A DNA stretch of 64,000 bases from Candidatus Latescibacterota bacterium (GTDB lineage Bacteria; Latescibacterota; UBA2968), in NCBI GenBank assembly GCA_965198115.1, contig OZ240241.1, forward strand, positions 4,096,001 through 4,160,000, written 5' to 3'. Numbering within the stretch: the first letter of the stretch is position 1; each line of letters opens with the position of its first letter. The position numbers and the translations under genes are program-made. Of the stretch, positions 9,585-17,914 are shown in pieces. Under the pieces are notes generated by a model that saw only the letters and a list, made by a program, of their open reading frames with translations, did no database searches and had not been told where the DNA came from.

Positions 9585-10751
9585 ATGAATCTCTCGCAAA
9601 AGATGTCCCTCCTCGGCACCGAATCCGCCTTCGACGTCCTCGTCAAGGCCCGGGCGCTCGAAGCCCAGGGCAAAGATGTCATCCACCTCGAAATTGGCGA
9701 GCCCGACTTCGAAACACCGGCCCACATCATAGAGGCCGGTAAAAAGGCGCTCGACGATGGGTTCACGCACTACGGCCCTGCGGCTGGACTTCCCGAGCTG
9801 CGAGAAGCAATCGCGGCCGACGTTGCAAAAAGCCGCAACATCGACGTTCATCCCGATCAAGTCGTCGTCACACCGGGTGCGAAGCCGATTATGTTTTTCA
9901 CCATCCTGGCCTACGGTGAGCCCGGGGCCGAAATCATCTACCCCAATCCGGGTTTCCCAATCTACGAATCCGTGATCAAATTCAGTGGAGCGATGCCTGT
10001 CGCCGCCCCGTTACTCGAAGAAAAAGACTTCAGCCTGGACATTGACGAGCTCCAGTCTCTAGTCAACGACAACACCCGGCTCATCATCATCAACTCGCCG
10101 CAGAATCCCACCGGCGGATTCATTCCACCCGAAGACCTCGAGGCTATCGCGGACATCGCCGTCGGTCGCGGCATCCCGATTCTGGCCGACGAGATCTATT
10201 CGCGAATGCTTTATGACGATCCATTCAGCAGTATTTCGGCTTACGAGGGAGTCAACGAGAACCTCATCATTCTCGACGGTTTTTCGAAGACCTACGCAAT
10301 GACCGGCTGGCGAATGGGCTACGGCGTGATGTCGACAGAACTCGCAACCCAAGTCGCACGCTTGATGGTCAACAGCAACTCGTGCACAGCCGCCTTCACA
10401 CAGATGGCCGGCATTGCAGCCCTTACCGGACCACAGGATCAATCCGACGCGATGATGCTCGAGTTCAAAAAACGTCGCGACGTATTTCACGCCGGTATCA
10501 GTCAGATCGAAGGTTTTACCTGCCGTCTCCCACGAGGAGCGTTCTACCTCTTCCCGAACGTCAAAGGCATTGGCAAGCCCGTTCAGGAAATCGAGAACAT
10601 CCTTTTGCAAGACGCCGGTGTCGCCTGCCTGTCCGGGACTGGTTTCGGCACTTACGGCGAAGATTATCTGCGCTTCTCCTACGCCAATTCACTCGAGAAC
10701 CTCGAGGAAGCCGTCGCTCGTATCGCCGCCTGCGAGAAACTCAGAAGCTGA
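9585..10751 (+). CDS. PLP-dependent aminotransferase class I/II (AspC-like)
   Basis: HLEIGEPDF, NSPQNPTG, DEIY, GFSKTYAMTGWRMGY (PLP lysine) and GAFYLFP motifs. Confidence 0.95.
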   Translation: MNLSQKMSLLGTESAFDVLVKARALEAQGKDVIHLEIGEPDFETPAHIIEAGKKALDDGFTHYGPAAGLPELREAIAADVAKSRNIDVHPDQVVVTPGAKPIMFFTILAYGEPGAEIIYPNPGFPIYESVIKFSGAMPVAAPLLEEKDFSLDIDELQSLVNDNTRLIIINSPQNPTGGFIPPEDLEAIADIAVGRGIPILADEIYSRMLYDDPFSSISAYEGVNENLIILDGFSKTYAMTGWRMGYGVMSTELATQVARLMVNSNSCTAAFTQMAGIAALTGPQDQSDAMMLEFKKRRDVFHAGISQIEGFTCRLPRGAFYLFPNVKGIGKPVQEIENILLQDAGVACLSGTGFGTYGEDYLRFSYANSLENLEEAVARIAACEKLRS

Positions 10752-10868
10752 GATTTTCAACGCAGATGACACTCGGATGCAGACGTGGAAGGAGTCGTTC
10801 CTGCATTCACTCTGATTCCGGACGTGCTCTGAACCACGGGCTTCTCCGGTTTTCGACCATTTTGTTTT

Positions 10869-10932
10869 CTCAGTGTGCTCTGTGTGCTCAGTGCCTGTCC
10901 TGAGTAGGCGGCTAAGCAGCCGTACCGAAGGG
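10869..10932. repeat. 9-mer array fused to a REP-like element
   Basis: CTCAGTGTG CTCTGTGTG CTCAGTG followed directly by CCTGTCCTGAGTAGGCGGCTAAGCAGCCGTACCGAAGGG. Confidence 0.75.
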
Positions 10933-10952
10933 GCGCCTTCAGGAGGTTCACG

Positions 10953-12197
10953 ATGAAAGTCACAAACATCGATGTCATTCCGATCACAATCCGGTTGGCC
11001 AAGCGCTACGACAACGAAGCCGGTCGTCTTCGGATGTACGACATCGACCAGCACACAGCCGTCCGGGTCACGACGGATAACGGCATCGTCGGCTACGGGA
11101 GCAATGAGGAGGGGCGGGCAATCGATGACGAACAGATCGAGGCGGTCATCGATCACAGTCCGTTCGACTTTCTGCACAACAATTTCAACACCGCGCTGGG
11201 GATGGCCCTCTACGACGTTATGGGCAAGCACCTCGAAGTCCCAGCCTATAAACTGATGGGCCAGAAGGTGCGCGACTCGGCGCCGGTTGCGGCCTGGACG
11301 AGGCCTTGCCCGCCCGATGTATTCGCGAGCGAGGTCAAACGGGCGGCCGACCAGGGCTATCGCATCTTCAAAATGCACAGCGACCCTCGCTACGACGTCA
11401 TCGAGCAGACCAAAGCCGCGCAGGACGTCGCGCCGGAAGGATTCCGCATCCATTGGGACCTCAACCACAGCCGTACGCCCGGCGTCATCGGTCCGATCAT
11501 CGCAGAGCTTCAGAAGTACCCGATCGTGGGGTTCCTCGAAGACCCGTTGCCCTGGACCGACATCGAGGGCTGGCGTCTCCTGCGAGCCAAATCGCACCTG
11601 CCGCTGATTATGCACAACCCGCAGCTTGGCGGAATGCACGAAGTCATCCACGGCTGCGCCGACATCTATATGGTGGGTGGAGGAATCGGGAACGTCCTTC
11701 AGGCCGGGTTCGCTTACGGTCGTGCGAACGTTCAGGTCCTCATCCAGCAGTCAGGCACAACGCTGATGCGCGCCCTCAGCCTGCACGAGGCAGCCGTGCT
11801 GCCGACCGCCAGCGCCCACCTGATGAACCTCGTCGACCAATTCGACGAAGACATCGTCACCACAGACATACCGGTCACCGGCGGATTCTGTCGCGTGCCC
11901 GAGGAGCCGGGGCTGGGCAGCGATCTCGATGAGAAAAAGCTCGAGGCAGCTGCAAACACAGCGTGCCTAGAACAGATGGAACATATCGGCATTGTCCACC
12001 TGCCCGACGGAAAACGTCTCTACACACTCGACAACTCTCAGAAGTCCGTGGGTGGATCGAAGGGATTTTCGGCCGTCACCGGAATCGAGGAAGGCGACCT
12101 GAAGCAAATGCGCTTCGAAGCCTGGGCGGATGATGGATCGGATGACTACAGGAAGGCAAGGACCCGTCTGGAAACGGAAGGACCTTACGTAGACTGA
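10953..12197 (+). CDS. Enolase superfamily (mandelate racemase / muconate lactonizing-like) protein
   Basis: MALYDVMGK, FKMH, WDLN, FLEDP and VPEEPGLG motifs; AGGAGG RBS. Confidence 0.85.
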   Translation: MKVTNIDVIPITIRLAKRYDNEAGRLRMYDIDQHTAVRVTTDNGIVGYGSNEEGRAIDDEQIEAVIDHSPFDFLHNNFNTALGMALYDVMGKHLEVPAYKLMGQKVRDSAPVAAWTRPCPPDVFASEVKRAADQGYRIFKMHSDPRYDVIEQTKAAQDVAPEGFRIHWDLNHSRTPGVIGPIIAELQKYPIVGFLEDPLPWTDIEGWRLLRAKSHLPLIMHNPQLGGMHEVIHGCADIYMVGGGIGNVLQAGFAYGRANVQVLIQQSGTTLMRALSLHEAAVLPTASAHLMNLVDQFDEDIVTTDIPVTGGFCRVPEEPGLGSDLDEKKLEAAANTACLEQMEHIGIVHLPDGKRLYTLDNSQKSVGGSKGFSAVTGIEEGDLKQMRFEAWADDGSDDYRKARTRLETEGPYVD

Positions 12198-12854
12198 ATG
12201 AAAGAGATCCCACTCGAATTCGGCGAGCAATCCGAGAACGAAATGAAGGACCGCGCAGAGCGGTTCGCGTCCTTCGCCACGCAACGCAGAACGGTCAGAC
12301 AGTTCTCCGATCGACCGATTCCAGCGGGCGTGCTCGAGGCCTGTCTGCGCACAGCGGGTTCCGCGCCCAGCGGCGCCAACCTTCAACCCTGGCACTTCGT
12401 GGTCGTCACCGATCCCGAAACGAAGCGAAGGATTCGCGAAGGGGCCGAACAGGAGGAGGAGGCTTTCTACGACCGTCGCGCGCCACAGGAGTGGCTCGAT
12501 GCGGTGGAACCGTTCAACACGCTACCCGAAAAGCCGTTTCTCGAGCAGGCCCCTTGCCTCATCGCGATCTTTGCCCAAAGGACCGGCGCCGACAAGGATG
12601 GTCGCCGCCCCAAACATTATTATGTGAATGAATCCGTCGGCATCGCAACGGGTCTTCTCATCACTGCCGTCCACCACGCCGGACTCGTCTCGCTCACCCA
12701 CACACCCAGCCCGATGCGGTTCCTGAACGAGATCCTCGACCGCCCGGATCACGAACGGCCCTTTTTGCTCCTCGTCGTGGGCTACCCAGCAGACGATGCC
12801 ACCGTCCCCGATATCCAGCGAAAACCCGTGAACGAGATCTCCACCTTCATTTAA
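12198..12854 (+). CDS. Iodotyrosine deiodinase-like nitroreductase
   Basis: RRTVRQFS, APSGANLQPW, AEQEEEAFY, KPFLEQAP, YYVNESVGIA and LTHTPSPM motifs typical of the IYD subfamily. Confidence 0.88.
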   Translation: MKEIPLEFGEQSENEMKDRAERFASFATQRRTVRQFSDRPIPAGVLEACLRTAGSAPSGANLQPWHFVVVTDPETKRRIREGAEQEEEAFYDRRAPQEWLDAVEPFNTLPEKPFLEQAPCLIAIFAQRTGADKDGRRPKHYYVNESVGIATGLLITAVHHAGLVSLTHTPSPMRFLNEILDRPDHERPFLLLVVGYPADDATVPDIQRKPVNEISTFI

Positions 12855-13021
12855 GCCTCAAATAATTTAAAAACAGATATTTAGGCGCAATATCCGTTTA
12901 GCTGATCGTGTCTCGCTCATAAAAGTGGCCCCGAGGCCACAATTGGCCGCGGCCTGTGGGATAGTTCTGGCTCGCACCCGAACTGACACCACCAAACGTA
13001 CTTCGAATCAAGATTCGACAC

Positions 13022-14043
13022 TCAAATCTCCACCACAACCTTCCCCGACTCCCCCGACGCAAACGTTCGATAAGCCTCATCGATCTCGTCCAGCGGAAAG
13101 CGATGAGTAATCAATGCATCCATCGGTAGTCCTTTGTCGACGACATAGCTAGCCGTCTCGGCCAGTCCGCCGATGCTGAACGTCCACGAGCCATAGACCG
13201 TCAGCTGCCGGTGGATGATCTGGTTGCTGATGTCGAATGTGGTCGTGTTCCCCTCGCCCACGAAACAGACGCGGCCCCACACACGTACGCTGTCCACAGC
13301 CTGCAATCGCACGTCCGGAATCCCCGTCGCGTCCAGCGTCGCGTCGGGCCCGCTTCCTCCCGCAGCCTCCCTCACCATCTCAACCACGTTTTCCGACGAC
13401 GCACTCACTGTTTCTGCCGCACCCAGCTTTCGGGCCAGGTCGAGTCGCGTATCCAGCAGATCGACCGCAATCACCTTTGCCCCCATCGACGACGCGAACA
13501 TCGTCGCACTCAATCCCACCGGACCCTGACCGAAGACCGCCACCGTCTCCCCCGGCTGTGGCGCCAGTCGCTTCACCGCGTGGTGCGCCGTACCCGTGCC
13601 ACAGGCGATCGCGGCGCCCGCAACGAACGGCAGGGCGTTCGGCATTTTCACACACGTGTAATCAGGGACCAGCAGAAACTCCTGATGCCCCCCATCCATC
13701 GTGTATCCATACACCTCTCTACCCTCGAAGCACATCTGCGTGTAGCCGATTTACACATCGCACATCGACGGCACCCCGAGTAATGGTGCATCATCACCCG
13801 ATCGCCGACGACCACGTCCGTCACGCCATCACCCAGCTCGGCGACCACACCGCAGGGCTCGTGGCCTCCCACCTTCAGCACGTCGGGATCCACCTCGGAG
13901 GAAGGTCGTTTGTAAGCTCGAAAGTCACTGCCGCAAATGCCCGATGCCTGCATCGCGAGCAACACCTCGCCGGCTCCCGGCTCGGGTTTCGGAATGTCCA
14001 TCAACACTATCTTCTGATCGCCCAAAAAGTATGCGCCTTGCAT
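13022..14043 (-). CDS. Zn-dependent alcohol dehydrogenase (1-nt frameshift near 13746)
   Basis: GICGSD, GHEPCG and CRRCAMC in ORF 13648-14139; GQGPVG in ORF 13022-13735. One extra G restores CKSGYTQMC. GGAGG RBS before ATG 14043. Confidence 0.85.
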
Positions 14044-14132
14044 CGCCGCCTCCTTCCGTTGACATAGGATGCCTCTCGCCCCCCGTTGCTGCAACCCCAA
14101 AGGCGCCCCGATGTGTTGAGAAGTGGCCACTC

Positions 14133-14167
14133 TGGTCACTGGTCACCTGTCAATGGTCACTGGTCAA
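14133..14167. repeat. Heptamer tandem array (TGGTCAC-like x5)
   Basis: TGGTCAC TGGTCAC CTGTCAA TGGTCAC TGGTCAA. Confidence 0.8.
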
Positions 14168-14293
14168 TAGACCAGGTCCTCCCTGCTCCATTTCCACCGC
14201 ACGGGTGTCCCACCGGCCGATGTCCGATCCTCTGTCTTCACATACTGTTAGATCAAACGATGGGCCGAACGATCAAACAGGAAGGAGATCACG

Positions 14294-15004
14294 ATGGAAA
14301 CCAGAACCGCACTCGTTACCGGCGCATCCCGAGGCCTCGGGCGCGCGCTTGCTGAAGGCCTATCGCTCGAAGGATGGGATCTGATCCTCACCGCTCGGCA
14401 CCAGCACGACCTGGCTGCCACCGCCGAAGACCTCTCGCGATTGACAACGGTTCGATTTCTCGCCGGCGATCTCACGAACCCGAGACATCGGTCCGAAATC
14501 GCACGCGCCGCCGTCGGACTCGACCTCGTCGTCAACAACGCCGGCATCCTCGGCCCCAGTCCGCAGCCCGCCCTCATCGACTATCCGCTCGACGTGCTCG
14601 AGGACGTATTTCGTACGAACGTCATCGCCCCTCTTGGCCTCATACAGGCCGTTCACCGCTCACTCAGCCCGTTCGCCACGCTCATCAACATCACGAGCGA
14701 CGCGGCCGTCGAAGCCTACGAAGGTTGGGGCGGCTACGGGTCGTCCAAAGCGGCCCTGGAGCACCTCTCTGCCATCCTTGCCGTCGGGCGCCCCGACCTC
14801 CGCATCTACTGGGTCGATCCAGGGGATATGCGAACACGAATGCATCAGGAAGCTTTCCCGGGAGAAAACATCGACGATCGCCCGTTGCCCGAAACCAGCG
14901 TTCCGGGCATTCTCGATTTGATCCACAGCGACTTGCCCAGCGGGCGATACCGTGCCTGCGAAGTCGAAATCGACAAGGAGGCTGACTATGCTGCCACACA
15001 CTGA
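14294..15004 (+). CDS. SDR family NAD(P)-dependent oxidoreductase
   Basis: TGASRGLG, NNAG, YGSSK and DPGDMRT motifs; AAGGAG RBS. Confidence 0.93.
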   Translation: METRTALVTGASRGLGRALAEGLSLEGWDLILTARHQHDLAATAEDLSRLTTVRFLAGDLTNPRHRSEIARAAVGLDLVVNNAGILGPSPQPALIDYPLDVLEDVFRTNVIAPLGLIQAVHRSLSPFATLINITSDAAVEAYEGWGGYGSSKAALEHLSAILAVGRPDLRIYWVDPGDMRTRMHQEAFPGENIDDRPLPETSVPGILDLIHSDLPSGRYRACEVEIDKEADYAATH

Positions 15005-16142
15005 CGAAGCGGCGGTGGCCACTATCGAATGTGCGTGCCACGAAGACGACTATGCCGTCATCGAATCCCAGGCCTCAAACGACACCGAAGCCCTCGATTT
15101 CGTCCTCCCTTCGCAACTGGAAGCGTCCGAACCGCCCGAAGCCAGAGGGCTGGAACGGGACACGGTTCGCTTGATGGTCTCGCGTATCGAAACCGATCGC
15201 GTGCTGCATACACGCTTCCGGTGTCTTCCCGACGTGCTGACGGCGGGCGATACGCTCGTCGTCAACACGAGCGGAACGATGCCCGCTTCGGTCCCCGCTA
15301 TCGGGGAGGACAAGCTGCCTTATGCCGTGCATCTATCGACGGAGCTCCCCGCCGGTCTCTGGATTGTCGAGATCCGGAAACCGCGAGGGATCTCCACGGC
15401 CCCGTTCCTCAACGCGCGTGCGGGGATGACCTTCTCACTCGCCGGGGGTGGCAAGGTCACCCTCCTGACACCTCACGACGAACGACTGCGTCACAATCCT
15501 TCGGCCCAAGCGCGTCTGTGGATCGCAACCCTCGACCTGAACGATTCCGTCGACCGCTATCTCGACGCCTACGGCCGAATGATCCGCTACCACTACATCG
15601 ACCGGGCGTGGGGATCCGACCATTACCAGACCGTCTTCGCAAATGAGCCGGGCAGTTCCGAAATGCCGTCAGCCGGCCGCGGGTTCACCTCCGACCTGGT
15701 GACGCGGTTGGCCTCTCGTGGCGTCAGAATCGCTCCGCTCCTTCTCCACACGGGTGTCGCCAGCCTGGAAGCGGGTGAAGCACCCTACGAGGAATACTAT
15801 CACGTCCCGCGCGAAACCGCCGCCCTCATCAACACGGGACGCGCCGAGGGGCACCGTGTGCTTGCCGTCGGAACGACAGCCGTTCGAGCCATCGAAACCG
15901 TCACGGACGAACGCGGTGTCGCGCATCCGGGGTCTGGCTGGACAGACCTCATCATCGCGCCCGACCGTCCACCCAGGGCCGTCGACGGTCTGCTCACCGG
16001 TTTTCACGAGCCTCGGGCATCTCATCTCAGAATGCTCGAAGCCTTCGCAGGCAGAAGCCGTCTGGAGAAGGCCTACCACGAGGCCCTGGATGGTGAGTAT
16101 CTCTGGCACGAATTCGGGGATCTGCATCTTCTGATTCCGTAA
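14988..16142 (+). CDS. QueA-like protein (SAM:tRNA ribosyltransferase-isomerase family, non-canonical)
   Basis: LVVNTS, YQTVFA, LHTGV and AVGTT motifs. Variant motifs EMPSAGRGF, TGFHEP and YLWHEFGD. AAGGAGG RBS before ATG 14988. Confidence 0.85.
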   Translation: MLPHTDEAAVATIECACHEDDYAVIESQASNDTEALDFVLPSQLEASEPPEARGLERDTVRLMVSRIETDRVLHTRFRCLPDVLTAGDTLVVNTSGTMPASVPAIGEDKLPYAVHLSTELPAGLWIVEIRKPRGISTAPFLNARAGMTFSLAGGGKVTLLTPHDERLRHNPSAQARLWIATLDLNDSVDRYLDAYGRMIRYHYIDRAWGSDHYQTVFANEPGSSEMPSAGRGFTSDLVTRLASRGVRIAPLLLHTGVASLEAGEAPYEEYYHVPRETAALINTGRAEGHRVLAVGTTAVRAIETVTDERGVAHPGSGWTDLIIAPDRPPRAVDGLLTGFHEPRASHLRMLEAFAGRSRLEKAYHEALDGEYLWHEFGDLHLLIP

Positions 16143-16155
16143 GGCAGGATCTTTC

Positions 16156-16323
16156 AACGCACGGGACGCAGGGAGCGCAGAGAAAAACTGGTACACGATC
16201 AGATGGCTCAGAAGCCCGAGACGATCCAGGAGCAGTAGCGACACTGCCGACTGCCGACAGGTTCGCGGCCGGGAGGCCGCTCCCACCGGACTGTTCTTCT
16301 TGGAGTCTTGGTGTCTTTGCGTT
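16156..16323. repeat. Composite element: 9-mer and 8-mer arms enclosing a heptamer pair and a GTAG-type REP
   Basis: AACGCACGG GACGCAGGG AGCGCAGAG ... ACTGCCG x2 ... TCGCGGCCGGGAGGCCGCTCCCAC ... CTTGGAGT CTTGGTGT CTTTGCGTT; AACGCA/TGCGTT termini. Confidence 0.7.
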
Positions 16324-16343
16324 TCAGACATAAGGAGCTCGTA

Positions 16344-17476
16344 ATGTCCTACGACCTGGTGATCAAGAACGGCACTCTGATCGATCCCGCGGAAGGGATC
16401 AATACGGAGCGAGATGTGGCGTTTACCGATGGGATTGTCGCTGAAGTATCGGAGAATGTGGACGCAGGCGAGGCGACCGTAATCGACGCGTCCGGGAAGA
16501 TCGTCGCGCCCGGGCTGATCGATCTGCACGTTCACGTGTTTGCTGGCGTGAGTCATTACGGAATTGAGCCGGATCCGACGTGTCTGGCCAAAGGGGCCAC
16601 GACGGTCGTGGATGCGGGTTCTGCGGGTGCCGATACGTTTCCCGGATTTCGGAAGTATGTGATCGATGTGAGCGGGACGCGGATTCTTGCACAGATGAAC
16701 ATCTCGTCGCAGGGAATGCTCTGTCGGGAGATTGGCGAGTTCGAGTTCCTGGAATACGCGGACGTGGACAAAGCGTGCAAGATGATCGAGCAGCATCGCG
16801 ACGTCGTCCTGGGTGTCAAGGTGCGTTTGACGCGCAACTCGATCGTGAGCGAGCGTTCGGGGATGGAACCCCTCCATCGGGCACGAGCTGCGGCCGATGC
16901 GGCCGGATTGCCGATTATGGTTCACCCGCAGGATGCGTGGTGCGATTCGATCGATGACATTCTCGCGGTGATGAAGGGCGGGGACATTATGACCCACTGC
17001 TTCCACGCTTTCCCGTGCGGAATCCTGGAGGATGGCGTGATCGGGGACTCGGTGCGCGATGCGATCGAGCGCGGCGTGATCTTCGACGTCGGCCACGGCC
17101 AGGGTTCGTTCAGCTGGAACGTCGTGGAGGCCGCGATGGCGCAGGACGTGCTTCCGACGACGATCTCTTCCGATCTTCATTTTTACAACGTGAATGGGCC
17201 TGTTTACGACCTGGTGTCGGTGATCTCGAAGTTTCTCCATCTGGGAATGCCGCTCGACGATGCACTTGCCCGAGTGACATCCGTCCCCGTCGGAATCATC
17301 AACCTCCAGGGGAAGGTGGGCACGTTGAAGAAAGGGGCGTGGGGTGACGCCGTGGTTCTCGATTGCATCGAAGGAGACGTCGAGTTCGTGGACGCCCACG
17401 GCGAGACCAGAACCGGCAAAGAACGACTGGCTCCCCCCACGTCGTCAAGGGCGGGAAGGTTTACGCTGAGAATTAG
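16344..17476 (+). CDS. Amidohydrolase/deacetylase family metallohydrolase (dihydroorotase-like), with probable 1-nt slip in the C6 run at 17433-17438
   Basis: PGLIDLHVH, TTVVDAGS, GVKVR, THCF, FDVGHG and ISSDLH motifs. Adding one base gives the usual end HVVKGGKVYAEN* (TAG 17474-17476). Confidence 0.88.
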
Positions 17477-17605
17477 GAATCAGTGGATTACCAACTGAAT
17501 CCTGGAGTCGTTTGTATAATCGGGGATGTGTAGAGACCCTGGCACTCGGTTTGGCTATTAATCAGCAATGGCAATTGCTGTTTACTAGTCAAACGGGGAG
17601 AGTAC

Positions 17606-17715
17606 TGTCATCCCGGCGGTGAGCCAGGATCCATTTTGATCTTCGCGAAAGTCAAAAATGGGCCCTCCCTCACATTCGTTCGGGACAAGCTTCTAAGAAG
17701 CGTTCCGGGGTGACA
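17606..17715. repeat. TGTCA...TGACA-terminated palindromic (MITE-like) element
   Basis: TGTCATCCCGG ... CCGGGGTGACA termini with an internal hairpin; same terminal pentamers as 44310-44492. Confidence 0.65.
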
Positions 17716-17745
17716 ATCCTCTACTTCCGAATCATCCCTTTCCTC

Positions 17746-17771
17746 CTCGCTCCCAAGCTCTGCCTGGGAAT
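17746..17771. repeat. REP-like hairpin
   Basis: CTCGCTCCCAAGCTCTGCCTGGGAAT. Confidence 0.5.
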
Positions 17772-17860
17772 TGACCGACGCCGATGCCTTCCTGAATCAC
17801 TCTTTTCTTGTACACCTTCCCGCCCGATGATGGGATACTATCCGTGGAAGGACTTCCAAA

Positions 17861-17892
17861 TCAGTTGTCAGCTTTCAGTCGTCGGTTGTCAG
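17861..17892. repeat. Heptamer tandem array (TCAGTTG-like)
   Basis: TCAGTTG TCAGCTT TCAGTCG TCGGTTG TCAG. Confidence 0.8.
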
Positions 17893-17914
17893 GAAGACAC
17901 CACACACACAAACG

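Noticed and set aside
12898-12960. Possible RAYT/IS200 transposase C-terminal remnant (QLWPRGHFYE on the minus strand)
   Set aside because: Only about 10 residues of resemblance and no HUH motif; could be chance.
15669-17399. 576-aa minus-strand ORF, and other long antisense ORFs such as 32417-33613, 56319-57569 and 57762-58871
   Set aside because: They overlap well-supported genes on the opposite strand, contain no motifs, and are expected from GC-rich codon bias.
17540-17555. Sigma54 promoter TGGCACTCGGTTTGGC
   Set aside because: The conserved -12 GC is displaced by one base, and no gene starts nearby.
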